Positions 9,633 through 18,509 of a stretch of DNA of 64,000 nucleotides are shown one piece after another (positions within the stretch are counted from its first letter, which is position 1; the number at the start of each line of letters is the position of its first letter). The DNA comes from an uncultured Mollicutes bacterium (lineage in GTDB: Bacteria; Bacillota_I; Bacilli_A; RF39; UBA660): NCBI GenBank assembly GCA_947652375.1, contig CANTCS010000004.1, forward strand, positions 542 through 64,541, read 5' to 3'. Made by a program: the position numbers and the translations under genes. The notes beneath the pieces are model-generated. The model worked only from the letters and a program-made list of their open reading frames with translations. It did no database searches and was not told the origin of the DNA.

Positions 9633-9659
9633 TAAAAAAAACTTCCATTTATCTTGGAA
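9633..9659 (-). terminator. Terminator of the ATPase gene (possibly bidirectional)
   Basis: CTTCCA-tttatct-TGGAAG stem flanked by an A8 run on the + strand, which is a T8 run on the - strand. Confidence 0.6.
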
Positions 9660-9735
9660 GATTTCTTATTTATCTATTTACAGTTTCAAACCAGATTAGG
9701 ACATAAATTAACTTAAATATTCTCAAATAAATATT

Positions 9736-11508
9736 CTATAAACGAGGTAAATCATTAGTTGTTTTTTCTAAATTAGTTTGAGGTTGTTCTGTTTCTAATC
9801 TTTTTGTGATAGGTATATTTGGAGGAACAGTCTCTTGTACTATTGAAGTGTTTGGAATTGGAGAGCTAGTGATACTTGGAATTGTTGAGTTTTGCATATT
9901 AGCAAATGACGGAATATTAACAAGTGTATTTTTCAATGGATTTGTTTCTAAAGTAATTCCTTGTTGTAAATTAGGAATAATATTTGTAGAAGGTAATTTA
10001 TCTACCTTTTCCATTATTAAATTTTTATTCTGCTTATTTAAATCAAGCACTTGACTATTATTGCTATTAGTTATAGCACTATCTTGTTTCTTTTTTGAAT
10101 CATCAAAATCAGCTGCTGTAAATATTGGTGGTGTATTAACTATTGAACCATCATTAGTTGTTTTAATTGAATCATCTAGTAAATCATCACTTTCTTCATC
10201 AACTTCATCTTTTGGAATAGTTTCTTTTACAGTTGTTTGAACTTCATTTTCATAATTATCATCATCTTCATTCTCAATTTCAATGTTTTTGTAAACCTCC
10301 TCAAAAGAAGTTTTTCCCTCTAAACACTTTATTAATGCATCTTGTAGCATTGTAATAGTATTACCAGAATAAACCATTTTTGCTAAATCTTTTTTCTCTA
10401 CATTCTCATTACTTAAGGCACTTCTTATATTATCGTCTAATTCCAAAACTTCATGAATTGCAATACGTCCACGATAACCATGTCGACAACGTTCACATCC
10501 TTTAGGATTAGCATCCCAAATATTTAAAACATCCTTATTCATATATTTTTTAAAAACTTTTCTTTCGTATTGTGTTGTTTTTCTTTGATAGCGACAAGTA
10601 GGACACAACATTTTAGCTAATCTTTGCGATATTATTCCTGATAAAGCCGTTGATAATAAATATCTTTCAACATCCATATCTAAGAGACGTTCAACTGTTG
10701 CTAAGGCATTGTTAGTATGGATAGTAGATAATACTAAGTGTCCTGTTATAGATGCACGAACGGCAATTTGAGCAGTTTCTGAGTCACGAATTTCTCCAAT
10801 TAAAATAATATTTGGATCTTGTCTTAGAATAGATCTTAAAGCAGCAGCAAAAGTCATTCCAATTTCTGTGTTAACTTGAACTTGATTTATACCCTCAATA
10901 TTCATTTCTATAGGGTCCTCAACTGTAATAATATTTGTCTCGGGTTTATTTAATCCTTGTAAAATAGAATAAGTAGTAGTAGATTTACCAGAACCAGTCG
11001 CTCCAGTAGTTAAAATAATCCCATTAGGGATTCCCATCATTCTTTTTATTTTCTCTAAATTTTTTGGATGAAATCCTAAAGAATCAATACCTTGTAAACT
11101 TCTAGTATAATCTAAAATACGAATAACAATTTTTTCTCCCTCATTTAAAGGCAATGCAGAAACACGCATATCTAAATAAGTACCACCATAATCTCCTTTA
11201 ATTGCTCCATCTTGGGGAAGACGTGATTCCGTAATATTCATATTCGAAAGTAATTTTATTCTTGTAACTAAATTTTTTTCATAAGCTTTTGGAACAAAAG
11301 TATAATCTTGTAAATCACCATCTATTCTAAATCTTACCATCATACCATCTTCTCTTGGGTCAAAATGAATATCGGAAGAATTGTGTTTTGATGCTGCTAC
11401 AATTATATAGTCTACTACTTGAGTAACAGGAGTCTTAGTAAAATCAAAAGACACCATGAAACTTTCGGTTCCTTGTTGAACACGTTTTACATCAAACTGG
11501 ACCATCAT
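9736..11508 (-). CDS. GspE/PilB/ComGA-family type IV pilus or competence assembly ATPase with a long low-complexity C-terminal tail
   Basis: Walker A GATGSGKST, Walker B ILIGEIRD, His box GHLVLSTIHT. Tetracysteine CPTC...CERC. The last ~180 aa are acidic and S/N/P/T-rich low complexity. Confidence 0.9.
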   Translation of the reverse strand: MMVQFDVKRVQQGTESFMVSFDFTKTPVTQVVDYIIVAASKHNSSDIHFDPREDGMMVRFRIDGDLQDYTFVPKAYEKNLVTRIKLLSNMNITESRLPQDGAIKGDYGGTYLDMRVSALPLNEGEKIVIRILDYTRSLQGIDSLGFHPKNLEKIKRMMGIPNGIILTTGATGSGKSTTTYSILQGLNKPETNIITVEDPIEMNIEGINQVQVNTEIGMTFAAALRSILRQDPNIILIGEIRDSETAQIAVRASITGHLVLSTIHTNNALATVERLLDMDVERYLLSTALSGIISQRLAKMLCPTCRYQRKTTQYERKVFKKYMNKDVLNIWDANPKGCERCRHGYRGRIAIHEVLELDDNIRSALSNENVEKKDLAKMVYSGNTITMLQDALIKCLEGKTSFEEVYKNIEIENEDDDNYENEVQTTVKETIPKDEVDEESDDLLDDSIKTTNDGSIVNTPPIFTAADFDDSKKKQDSAITNSNNSQVLDLNKQNKNLIMEKVDKLPSTNIIPNLQQGITLETNPLKNTLVNIPSFANMQNSTIPSITSSPIPNTSIVQETVPPNIPITKRLETEQPQTNLEKTTNDLPRL

Positions 11509-11593
11509 TTCAACCCCTTTGTCTACTTTTTATGGTATTTTATTTTATTTTATTATATAATAAATACATTACAATAGCAAGAAAAAGGGAAGA

Positions 11594-12307
11594 ATGAAAA
11601 TGAAAAAAATTAATAGTAAAGGCTTTGTCCTTGCCGAGACTTTAGTTGTAACAGTTTTTTTAATGGTAATATTTGGAATGATTTATAGTAACTTTTATCC
11701 ATTAATGGGCGAATATGAAAAAAGAGAAAATTATAACGATGTTGATAGTATTTATTCAATATTTTGGTTAAAAAGATTTATCGAAGATAGTGATTATCAG
11801 CCAAATAATGCAAAAAAAATGAATCTTTCCAAAAATCATTTTATGCGCTTTGATTGTCATGATATAATTGAAGCTCAAAAACAAGAAACTTGCAAAAACT
11901 TATTAAGTTCTCTTCAAGTAGAAGGTTGTAATAGTCAAGGTAGTAATTGTAATATTTTTATAACTCCTTATAAAATTGATGAATTTAAGGATTTAGTATC
12001 AAAAAAATTTAAAAGATATAAAGAAGATTGTAATTATTCTGATAATTATTGCAAAAATAAATATATAGAAAACAATTATGCTTCAGATAATACTGATGGT
12101 AATTTATCAGAAGAAAAAAGAAAAGAAAAATGGGAAGTTCGTTCTGAAAAAAGTGTTTTTAATAGTGGGATGGAGGATTATATATTTTCTCTTCCAAATT
12201 ACAAAAACACTACTAATAAACCAAAATATAGAGTAATCGCTAGTTTCCAACATAGAAAAGATAATAATAATTTTTACTCCTATGCAACAATTGAGGTGAA
12301 TAAATAA
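11594..12307 (+). CDS. Prepilin-type N-terminal domain protein (pseudopilin-like), Cys-rich
   Basis: N-terminus KGFVLAETLVVTVFL matches the G|F-x-x-x-E class III signal followed by a hydrophobic helix. The body contains 7 Cys. Confidence 0.7.
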   Translation: MKMKKINSKGFVLAETLVVTVFLMVIFGMIYSNFYPLMGEYEKRENYNDVDSIYSIFWLKRFIEDSDYQPNNAKKMNLSKNHFMRFDCHDIIEAQKQETCKNLLSSLQVEGCNSQGSNCNIFITPYKIDEFKDLVSKKFKRYKEDCNYSDNYCKNKYIENNYASDNTDGNLSEEKRKEKWEVRSEKSVFNSGMEDYIFSLPNYKNTTNKPKYRVIASFQHRKDNNNFYSYATIEVNK

Positions 12308-12939
12308 TGAAAAAATTAAATAATCGAGGAATAACAACCATAGAAGTAATAGTTTGTTTTGTATTAGTAGTTATTATTACAGTTACAATGTATTCAACAA
12401 TCTCAGCGTTTAATCAAAAACGCTCATTAGAAAGCTACAAAGCAAGAATTTATACATATAAAAATCTTCTTACCAAAGAAATACAAGATGATTTTATCAA
12501 AAAAGGATTATTAAGCGCTAACTATAAACGAGAAACAAATGATGCAAAAGTTACCTATACCGTAGATTGTCAATTAAAAGATAATACATCAAGGAAATTA
12601 ATTATTGAACAACAACTTACATATTCTAAAGGAGTCCATGAGGGAGGCTCTCCTAATGTTGATGATAGTTTTATGATTAAATATGGACCTCCAAATGATT
12701 TAATTGAATATCCACTCCCTAATATAGGGGAAGAAGATATAGAACAATCAAATGGTACAAAGACTAAAGCCATGGATTTAAGCATTAATAATATCATAAT
12801 CAATAAAGATCAAGATAATGTCTTATCAATATATATTGGATTTTATCATCCAGAATTAGGTACAAGGTATGGAATAGATATAGTTGCCCCAATTAATTAT
12901 TCACCTGGAGGAGGAGATAGTACAGGGTTTGATTTATAA
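12307..12939 (+). CDS. Prepilin-type N-terminal domain protein (pseudopilin-like)
   Basis: N-terminus RGITTIEVIVCFVLVVII (G|ITTIE). Its start overlaps the stop of the upstream pseudopilin gene. Confidence 0.7.
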   Translation: MKKLNNRGITTIEVIVCFVLVVIITVTMYSTISAFNQKRSLESYKARIYTYKNLLTKEIQDDFIKKGLLSANYKRETNDAKVTYTVDCQLKDNTSRKLIIEQQLTYSKGVHEGGSPNVDDSFMIKYGPPNDLIEYPLPNIGEEDIEQSNGTKTKAMDLSINNIIINKDQDNVLSIYIGFYHPELGTRYGIDIVAPINYSPGGGDSTGFDL

Positions 12940-13815
12940 TAATAGTAAAAAAATTCCAAAAGCTAGCATTGTTCCTAAAATTCTTCCAAACAAAAAATAT
13001 CTATATTTTATCTCTGTATCCGCAATAATACTTTTAACCTGCATATGAATAGAAAGTCCTCCAAAAGCAATAAATAACAAAATATAAAAAGCACGTAAAG
13101 TAATATTATTAGTTAAAGTAGTTGAGAAAACACCTTTAGTTAAATCAAAAAAACCATTTAATAAAATAAATCCATTAGTACCCAAAACCATGTATTTAGT
13201 AATAATAGTTGCAACTAAATAAAAAAATAGTGATGTTCCATATATTAATAATAGTGTATTAAAACTATTACTAACAGCCTTACTTAATACACTTGAAAAA
13301 TTACTTGGAATTTTATAATCATTTATAATTTTGTTTTTACTCTTATGAGAAAATAAATAAATTATCAAATTACTAAATATAATTGCTAAAAGCATCTTAA
13401 AACATAAACTTTTATCATTCAAGACCATATAAACAGATCCAAGAATAAATAAAGGATTAGGAAAATGACTAAACATAATAATTTTATTAGCCTCATCCAA
13501 AGAAATTAACCCTTTAAGAAGTAATTCTTTTGTATATTTAGCTCCACTAGGAAAACCACTAATGGCACTGATTAATAAAACATATAAACTACTAGTATTA
13601 ACCTTTAAATACTTTTGAATCAATTGAATTAATCCATATTCAATTAACAAACTTGAAAAAATAAAAAATAATAAACTAACTGGAAATAATTTAGTTAAAA
13701 ATAAAATTGAATAATCGATTATTGCATTAACAATTGTATTTGAATTAAATAAATATAAAATTAATAATGTAATTAATGTGACAAGTATTAATATACTTTT
13801 ATAAGTTTTTTTCAT
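12934..13815 (-). CDS. ylbJ: Polytopic membrane protein, YlbJ-like (sporulation integral membrane protein, nucleoside-recognition domain family)
   Basis: Multi-TM 293 aa. Divergent from a YlbL-like gene, as in the Bacillus ylbJ/ylbL neighbourhood. Confidence 0.55.
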   Translation of the reverse strand: MKKTYKSILILVTLITLLILYLFNSNTIVNAIIDYSILFLTKLFPVSLLFFIFSSLLIEYGLIQLIQKYLKVNTSSLYVLLISAISGFPSGAKYTKELLLKGLISLDEANKIIMFSHFPNPLFILGSVYMVLNDKSLCFKMLLAIIFSNLIIYLFSHKSKNKIINDYKIPSNFSSVLSKAVSNSFNTLLLIYGTSLFFYLVATIITKYMVLGTNGFILLNGFFDLTKGVFSTTLTNNITLRAFYILLFIAFGGLSIHMQVKSIIADTEIKYRYFLFGRILGTMLAFGIFLLLL

Positions 13816-13856
13816 AATTCTCCTTTTCTTTGTTATAATTATTATAAGGTGATAAA

Positions 13857-14873
13857 ATGTTTAAGAAGTTATTTAATTATATTAAGAATTTAATCAAAGA
13901 AGAATATAAATTTATTATTTTTCTAATATTAAGTTATATTGTATTTTCTTTTCCTTTAAATTATTACATAACAGTAGGAGGTGGAACTAGTGATGTTGCA
14001 AGTAGAATAGAAGTAAATGACAACTATAAAAGTAAAGGTTCGTTTAATATTAGCTATGTTACTCAATTAAATGGCACGATCCTAACTTATGGACTAAGCT
14101 ATCTAATACCAACTTGGGAAAGAGAAGATGCCAATCTTTATAAATATGATGAAAGTGAGAGTTTAGAAGATATTAGTTTTCGAGGCGATATCGATCTAAA
14201 AACAGCCAATGCAACAGCAACATATTGGGCCTATACCTTAGCAAATAAAGAAATAAAAGAGAAAAGTTCTAAATTATATGTAATTTCAACTTTTAAAGAA
14301 TATGAGACAACACTAAAAGTTCAAGATGAAATTTTGAGTATTGATAATTTTCACTATGAAACTGTTGAAGAATACAAAAAATATATGCAAACTAAAAAAG
14401 TTAATGATATTTTAAATATTAAAGTTTTAAGAAATAATAAAGAACAAACTTTATCTGCCAAACTCCATGAAGAAAATAATAAATTAATTTTAGGTGTTGC
14501 ACTACAATATGTTAAAGAATATTCCGTAAATCCAAAAGTTAAAATTAATTTTAAGAAAAGTGAATCAGGTCCCTCAGGTGGTTTAATTACAACTCTTGAA
14601 ATATATAATCAATTAACTAAAAAAGATTTGACAAAAGGCCTTAAAATTGCTGGAACAGGAACAATTGAAATTGATGGAACAATCGGTCAAATCGGGGGAA
14701 TAGAACATAAAATTCTTGGTGCCGAAAAAGACCATGCTGATATTTTCTTAGCCCCATCTGGAGAAAATTATCAAGATGCCTTAAACTATAAGAAAAAAAA
14801 TAAATTAAAAATCAAAATAATTGAAGTAAAGACAATAAAAGATTCGATAGAAAAATTAGAGGCCTTAAATTGA
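13857..14873 (+). CDS. YlbL/SepM-type PDZ plus Lon-like (S16) serine protease
   Basis: N-terminal TM, a PDZ-like middle region and a C-terminal Lon protease domain (SGPSGGL...KIAGTGTI...IGGIEHKILGA). Confidence 0.8.
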   Translation: MFKKLFNYIKNLIKEEYKFIIFLILSYIVFSFPLNYYITVGGGTSDVASRIEVNDNYKSKGSFNISYVTQLNGTILTYGLSYLIPTWEREDANLYKYDESESLEDISFRGDIDLKTANATATYWAYTLANKEIKEKSSKLYVISTFKEYETTLKVQDEILSIDNFHYETVEEYKKYMQTKKVNDILNIKVLRNNKEQTLSAKLHEENNKLILGVALQYVKEYSVNPKVKINFKKSESGPSGGLITTLEIYNQLTKKDLTKGLKIAGTGTIEIDGTIGQIGGIEHKILGAEKDHADIFLAPSGENYQDALNYKKKNKLKIKIIEVKTIKDSIEKLEALN

Positions 14874-15418
14874 ATATTGGAATAGATTTAGATGATACAA
14901 TTTGTGCAACTACAGAAGTTATTCAAAAATATTTAGAAAAATATTCAATTAAAGAAAATTTATCTCCCTTTGAAATAATTGATGATGAAATGATAAAATT
15001 AGAATTTTTTAATCTTTACTTAGATAAAATATACCAAAAAGTTAAACCAAAAAAAGATGTGAGTAGTGTCTTAAGAAGAATAAAAAATAGAGGCAATAAG
15101 CTATATATAATTACATCAAGAAGAAATGATTATGCATCAAATGTTAATAATGTTTCAGAAATTATTGAAAATTGGTTAAATAAACACAAAATAAAAGTTG
15201 ATAAAATAATAGTACTTTCTCATGAGCAAACAAAAATTGATATATGTCGCGAAAATAAAATAGATTTAATGATTGATGATGATCCTTATAATTATAAAAA
15301 AATAAATGCCGCAGGTATCAAATGCTTATTATTTGATGAAGACAACAAATTTGATTTAAAAGAAAATTCCGCCTCAAGTTGGTTAGAAATTGAAAGATAT
15401 ATTGAAAGGAATAGGTAG
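14870..15418 (+). CDS. HAD-superfamily 5'(3')-nucleotidase-like hydrolase
   Basis: DLDDT motif I at the N-terminus, ITSR motif II and IDDD motif IV. Confidence 0.7.
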   Translation: MNIGIDLDDTICATTEVIQKYLEKYSIKENLSPFEIIDDEMIKLEFFNLYLDKIYQKVKPKKDVSSVLRRIKNRGNKLYIITSRRNDYASNVNNVSEIIENWLNKHKIKVDKIIVLSHEQTKIDICRENKIDLMIDDDPYNYKKINAAGIKCLLFDEDNKFDLKENSASSWLEIERYIERNR

Positions 15419-15419
15419 T

Positions 15420-16244
15420 ATGAAAAAAATTATCTCATTATTATTAATATTAATTACATTATTTACTATAGAAGTTAATGCTGCAAATTATCAAATAAAA
15501 GAATTAATTCCTCTAGACACTTCTACAACAATAGTAACTGATAATTTTAGTTATAAAGATTTCTATTATAATGATAATAAATTAGAAGCAGAAGCTTTAA
15601 AAAATAATTTTATAATCTTTAAAGGAATAAAAAACATCTCTAATAAAGATCTTCCTGTTTCAATAAGCATCGGTTTATTTGATCAGAACAAACTAAATAT
15701 TGGCACAATAAATTATTGTTCGACAAGTGATAAAACAAGTATTGTAGCAGGGACTATATTAAAAAAAGATGAAGAAAAAGAATATGTTATAGAAGTAAAT
15801 GAAAGATTTCTTGCAGATCAAAAAACAGTACAAGATATTAAATACATTGCTATATTAAATGATAATATTCATTGCCGCAGTACAGGCTCTTTAGAATTTG
15901 TTGGAAAAAAAGTAGAGGACATAAAATTATCAAAAAAATCTCTTTTAGATGATAATCACACTCAATTAGTAATTCAATTATTTACTGTTTTAACGATAAT
16001 TTTAATAATTATTTTCTTATATAGATTTTTATTTACCAATTCATTTAATAATTTTAATGGAGAAGATTATCGTAGAGCTTTTGAAAAAAGAAATAAGCAA
16101 TTAGCTAAAGAAAGAGAAAAACTTCCTAAAGACGAGCCTAAAAAAATACTTTCTGGAAAAAGTGATTTTATTAAAGAACAGGAAGTAGAAGAATCTAAAA
16201 AAGTAAATCAAGAATCAACTGATCTACATAATATGTATAAATAA
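15420..16244 (+). CDS. Secreted/membrane-anchored hypothetical protein
   Basis: Signal peptide MKKIISLLLILITLFTIEVNA, a C-terminal TM and a charged tail. The ORF track start 15390 is probably too far upstream. Confidence 0.6.
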   Translation: MKKIISLLLILITLFTIEVNAANYQIKELIPLDTSTTIVTDNFSYKDFYYNDNKLEAEALKNNFIIFKGIKNISNKDLPVSISIGLFDQNKLNIGTINYCSTSDKTSIVAGTILKKDEEKEYVIEVNERFLADQKTVQDIKYIAILNDNIHCRSTGSLEFVGKKVEDIKLSKKSLLDDNHTQLVIQLFTVLTIILIIIFLYRFLFTNSFNNFNGEDYRRAFEKRNKQLAKEREKLPKDEPKKILSGKSDFIKEQEVEESKKVNQESTDLHNMYK

Positions 16245-16272
16245 TATAAGCTTTAAGTTTATATTTTTTTAT

Positions 16273-16304
16273 TTTCCCACAATTTCCCACAATTTTTTTA
16301 TAAT
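16273..16304 (+). promoter_or_regulatory. Tandem direct repeat TTTCCCACAA x2 abutting a TATAAT box (candidate OmpR-family binding site and promoter)
   Basis: Exact 10-bp tandem repeat at 16273-16292. TATAAT at 16299-16304, upstream of the RR-HK operon. Confidence 0.5.
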
Positions 16305-16471
16305 TCTAACACATTTATAGTTTAAGATTAAATTATCGAAAGGAGGAATGCTCATAAATTTAAAATAAAAATTAAAATAAAAAATATAACATATTAATAA
16401 ACATACAAAAGGAGGTATGTCATAATAGGAATAAAGTAAATATAGTGTTATACTATTAATAGGTGGTAATA

Positions 16472-17137
16472 ATGTATAAAGTGTGTTTAGTTGAAGATGA
16501 AGAAGCTCTCTTAAATATTGTAAAACTTTATTTAGAAAGAGCAGGCTATGAAACTATTTGTTTTACAAAAGGTCAAGAAGCAATAAATTATATTGGAAAT
16601 AGAGTAGATTTGTGGATTTTAGATATCATGTTAGGAGATGATAAAAATGGCTACGATGTAATCAATGCTATTAGAGAATATGATGAAAATGTTCCCGTAA
16701 TATTTACATCAGCTAGAGACCAAGAACTAGATAAAATTTTTGGTCTTGAACTAGGTAGTGATGATTACATGACAAAACCTTATTCCAGTAAAGAATTAGT
16801 ATTAAGAGTAAATAATATTATCAAAAGAGTCTATAAAGATTTAGACTCATCAAATAATATAATAAACTATGAAAACTATATAATTAACCTTGAGAAAAGA
16901 ACAGTTGAATTAAATAAAAAAGAACTAAAATTAACAACTTTAGAATTTGATTTACTAATATTATTTTTAAAAAATAAAGGTAAATGTTTTTCTAGAGAAG
17001 AAATATTAAATACAGTTTGGGGACAGGATTATTTTGGCAATGATAGAGTCGTTGATGATTTAATAAGAAGGATAAGAAAAAAATTATCAAAAATAAAAAT
17101 TGAAGCTGTCTATGGTTATGGATACAGAGTTTTATGA
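16472..17137 (+). CDS. OmpR/PhoB-family response regulator
   Basis: Receiver domain (VEDEE, DLWILDIMLGD, K residue) plus a winged-helix trans_reg_C domain (LTTLEFDLL...GYGYRV). Confidence 0.93.
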   Translation: MYKVCLVEDEEALLNIVKLYLERAGYETICFTKGQEAINYIGNRVDLWILDIMLGDDKNGYDVINAIREYDENVPVIFTSARDQELDKIFGLELGSDDYMTKPYSSKELVLRVNNIIKRVYKDLDSSNNIINYENYIINLEKRTVELNKKELKLTTLEFDLLILFLKNKGKCFSREEILNTVWGQDYFGNDRVVDDLIRRIRKKLSKIKIEAVYGYGYRVL

Positions 17138-18417
17138 ATTTTGGAAAAAATAATTTAAGTAAACAATTACTTTTTGTAGTCGGAATAGCTTTTATCTTAT
17201 TGTTCATTTCCTTAGGCGCTATTCTCCCAAAATTGTTAATTCCTCCAGCTGAAGCTAATATTTATAATTATCTAAATGAACCTTTAAAAATATATGATAT
17301 AAATAATGATAATAAACTTCTTGATACTGAAATAGCTTATATTTACATTACAGACAATTTAATAACAACTAGTGAAAATATTAAAGATGTTATAAAATAT
17401 AACAACCTTGGAAAAATACTTAATAAAATGACCAAATCTTATGGTAAATTTATTTATAATCATAAGACATACTACTACTATACTTTAAAATCAAAAAGAG
17501 TTACAAAAATTGCTATTTCAGATGATAGTTATATAAATAGAACTAAAACCTCTATACTAACTGCCATTTTTCCACTTGTACTTGGAACATTTTTACTAAT
17601 AGGATTGATGTTAGTCATTTGGTCCTCAATCGTTGTAAGAAAAATCGAAAAACTAAAAAATAAAATTGATAATATTGATAATCCAGATTACAATCATAAA
17701 GTAGACTTTACTACAGATGATGAAATAAGATCGCTTGCTCTAGCTATTGATGATATGCGTATTTCTTTAATAAGTCAAGAAGAATATCGTAAGCAAATGT
17801 ATCAAAATATTTCTCATGATTTTAAAACACCTCTTACCGTTATAAAATCATATATTGAAGCAGTAGAAGATGGCGTCGAAGATGAAAAAAATGCTTTCAA
17901 AACCATCAAAGAGCAAACGAACAAATTAGAACAAAAAGTACACTCACTTCTTTATTTAAATAAGCTTGATTATCTCAAAAATCAAAATAATATATCTTCA
18001 GAATTAATAGATATGCATAAATTAATAACTCAAGAAGTAGAAAAATTTAAATTTTTACAAAAAAATATAAAATTTGAAATTTCTATTGACCCAAAATCTA
18101 AATTTTATGGATCATTTGAAAATTGGGAAACAATTCTTGATAATATATTAAGTAATTTTATGAGATATGCTCACGCGACTGTTAAAATAACAGTAAAACA
18201 GAATAGAATAATTCTCTATAATGATGGAAATCAAATTGACACTGATTTACTTGAAGGAATTTTTACTCCGTTCCGAAAAGGAATCAAAGGTGAATTTGGA
18301 CTTGGACTTTCTATCGTTAAAAAAACTCTCAATTTAATGGATTACGATATAAAAATAAAAAACGAAAAGAAAGGTGTTTCATTTATAATTACTAGTAAAA
18401 AAAGGATTCGAAAATAA
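17134..18417 (+). CDS. Sensor histidine kinase
   Basis: Two TM segments, a HAMP-like linker, H-box SHDFKTPLT, N box and G boxes (GLGLSIV). ATGA overlap with the RR gene. Confidence 0.93.
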   Translation: MNFGKNNLSKQLLFVVGIAFILLFISLGAILPKLLIPPAEANIYNYLNEPLKIYDINNDNKLLDTEIAYIYITDNLITTSENIKDVIKYNNLGKILNKMTKSYGKFIYNHKTYYYYTLKSKRVTKIAISDDSYINRTKTSILTAIFPLVLGTFLLIGLMLVIWSSIVVRKIEKLKNKIDNIDNPDYNHKVDFTTDDEIRSLALAIDDMRISLISQEEYRKQMYQNISHDFKTPLTVIKSYIEAVEDGVEDEKNAFKTIKEQTNKLEQKVHSLLYLNKLDYLKNQNNISSELIDMHKLITQEVEKFKFLQKNIKFEISIDPKSKFYGSFENWETILDNILSNFMRYAHATVKITVKQNRIILYNDGNQIDTDLLEGIFTPFRKGIKGEFGLGLSIVKKTLNLMDYDIKIKNEKKGVSFIITSKKRIRK

Positions 18418-18449
18418 TGAATTCTTTTTTTGTTCCTCTTAATTATCGC

Positions 18450-18477
18450 TTGACAAATACTTGGGGGGGGGTATTAT
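18450..18477 (+). promoter_or_regulatory. Sigma-A type promoter of adhesin B with a poly-G spacer
   Basis: TTGACA 18450-18455, 16-bp spacer (AATACTT plus G9), TATTAT 18472-18477. The leader is identical to that of adhesin A. Confidence 0.7.
18463..18471 (+). repeat. G9 homopolymer tract
   Basis: Counted directly from the sequence. Confidence 0.95.
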
Positions 18478-18509
18478 TGAAATAGATAAGATAAGGAGTG
18501 ATAAGAAAA

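Noticed and set aside
9499-9699. 66-aa ORF after adhesin A
   Set aside because: It starts inside the adhesin stop/terminator and spans the terminator hairpin of the convergent ATPase gene. It is AT-rich noise.
9806-10054. Antisense or shadow ORFs inside longer genes. Examples: 9806-10054, 12107-12337, 12570-12803, 16992-17207, 20322-20570, 23363-23551, 23784-24002, 24454-24666, 25221-25526, 27231-27413, 27460-27708, 27945-28145, 29863-30120, 38106-38300, 42922-43185, 44208-44489, 45954-46178, 46141-46374, 53285-53485, 55540-55770, 58677-58868, 60455-60655, 60731-60913, 61073-61339
   Set aside because: All are embedded in, or opposite to, ORFs with clear conserved-domain motifs. They lack an RBS and have the I/F/L/K/N-rich composition expected from random frames in AT-rich DNA.
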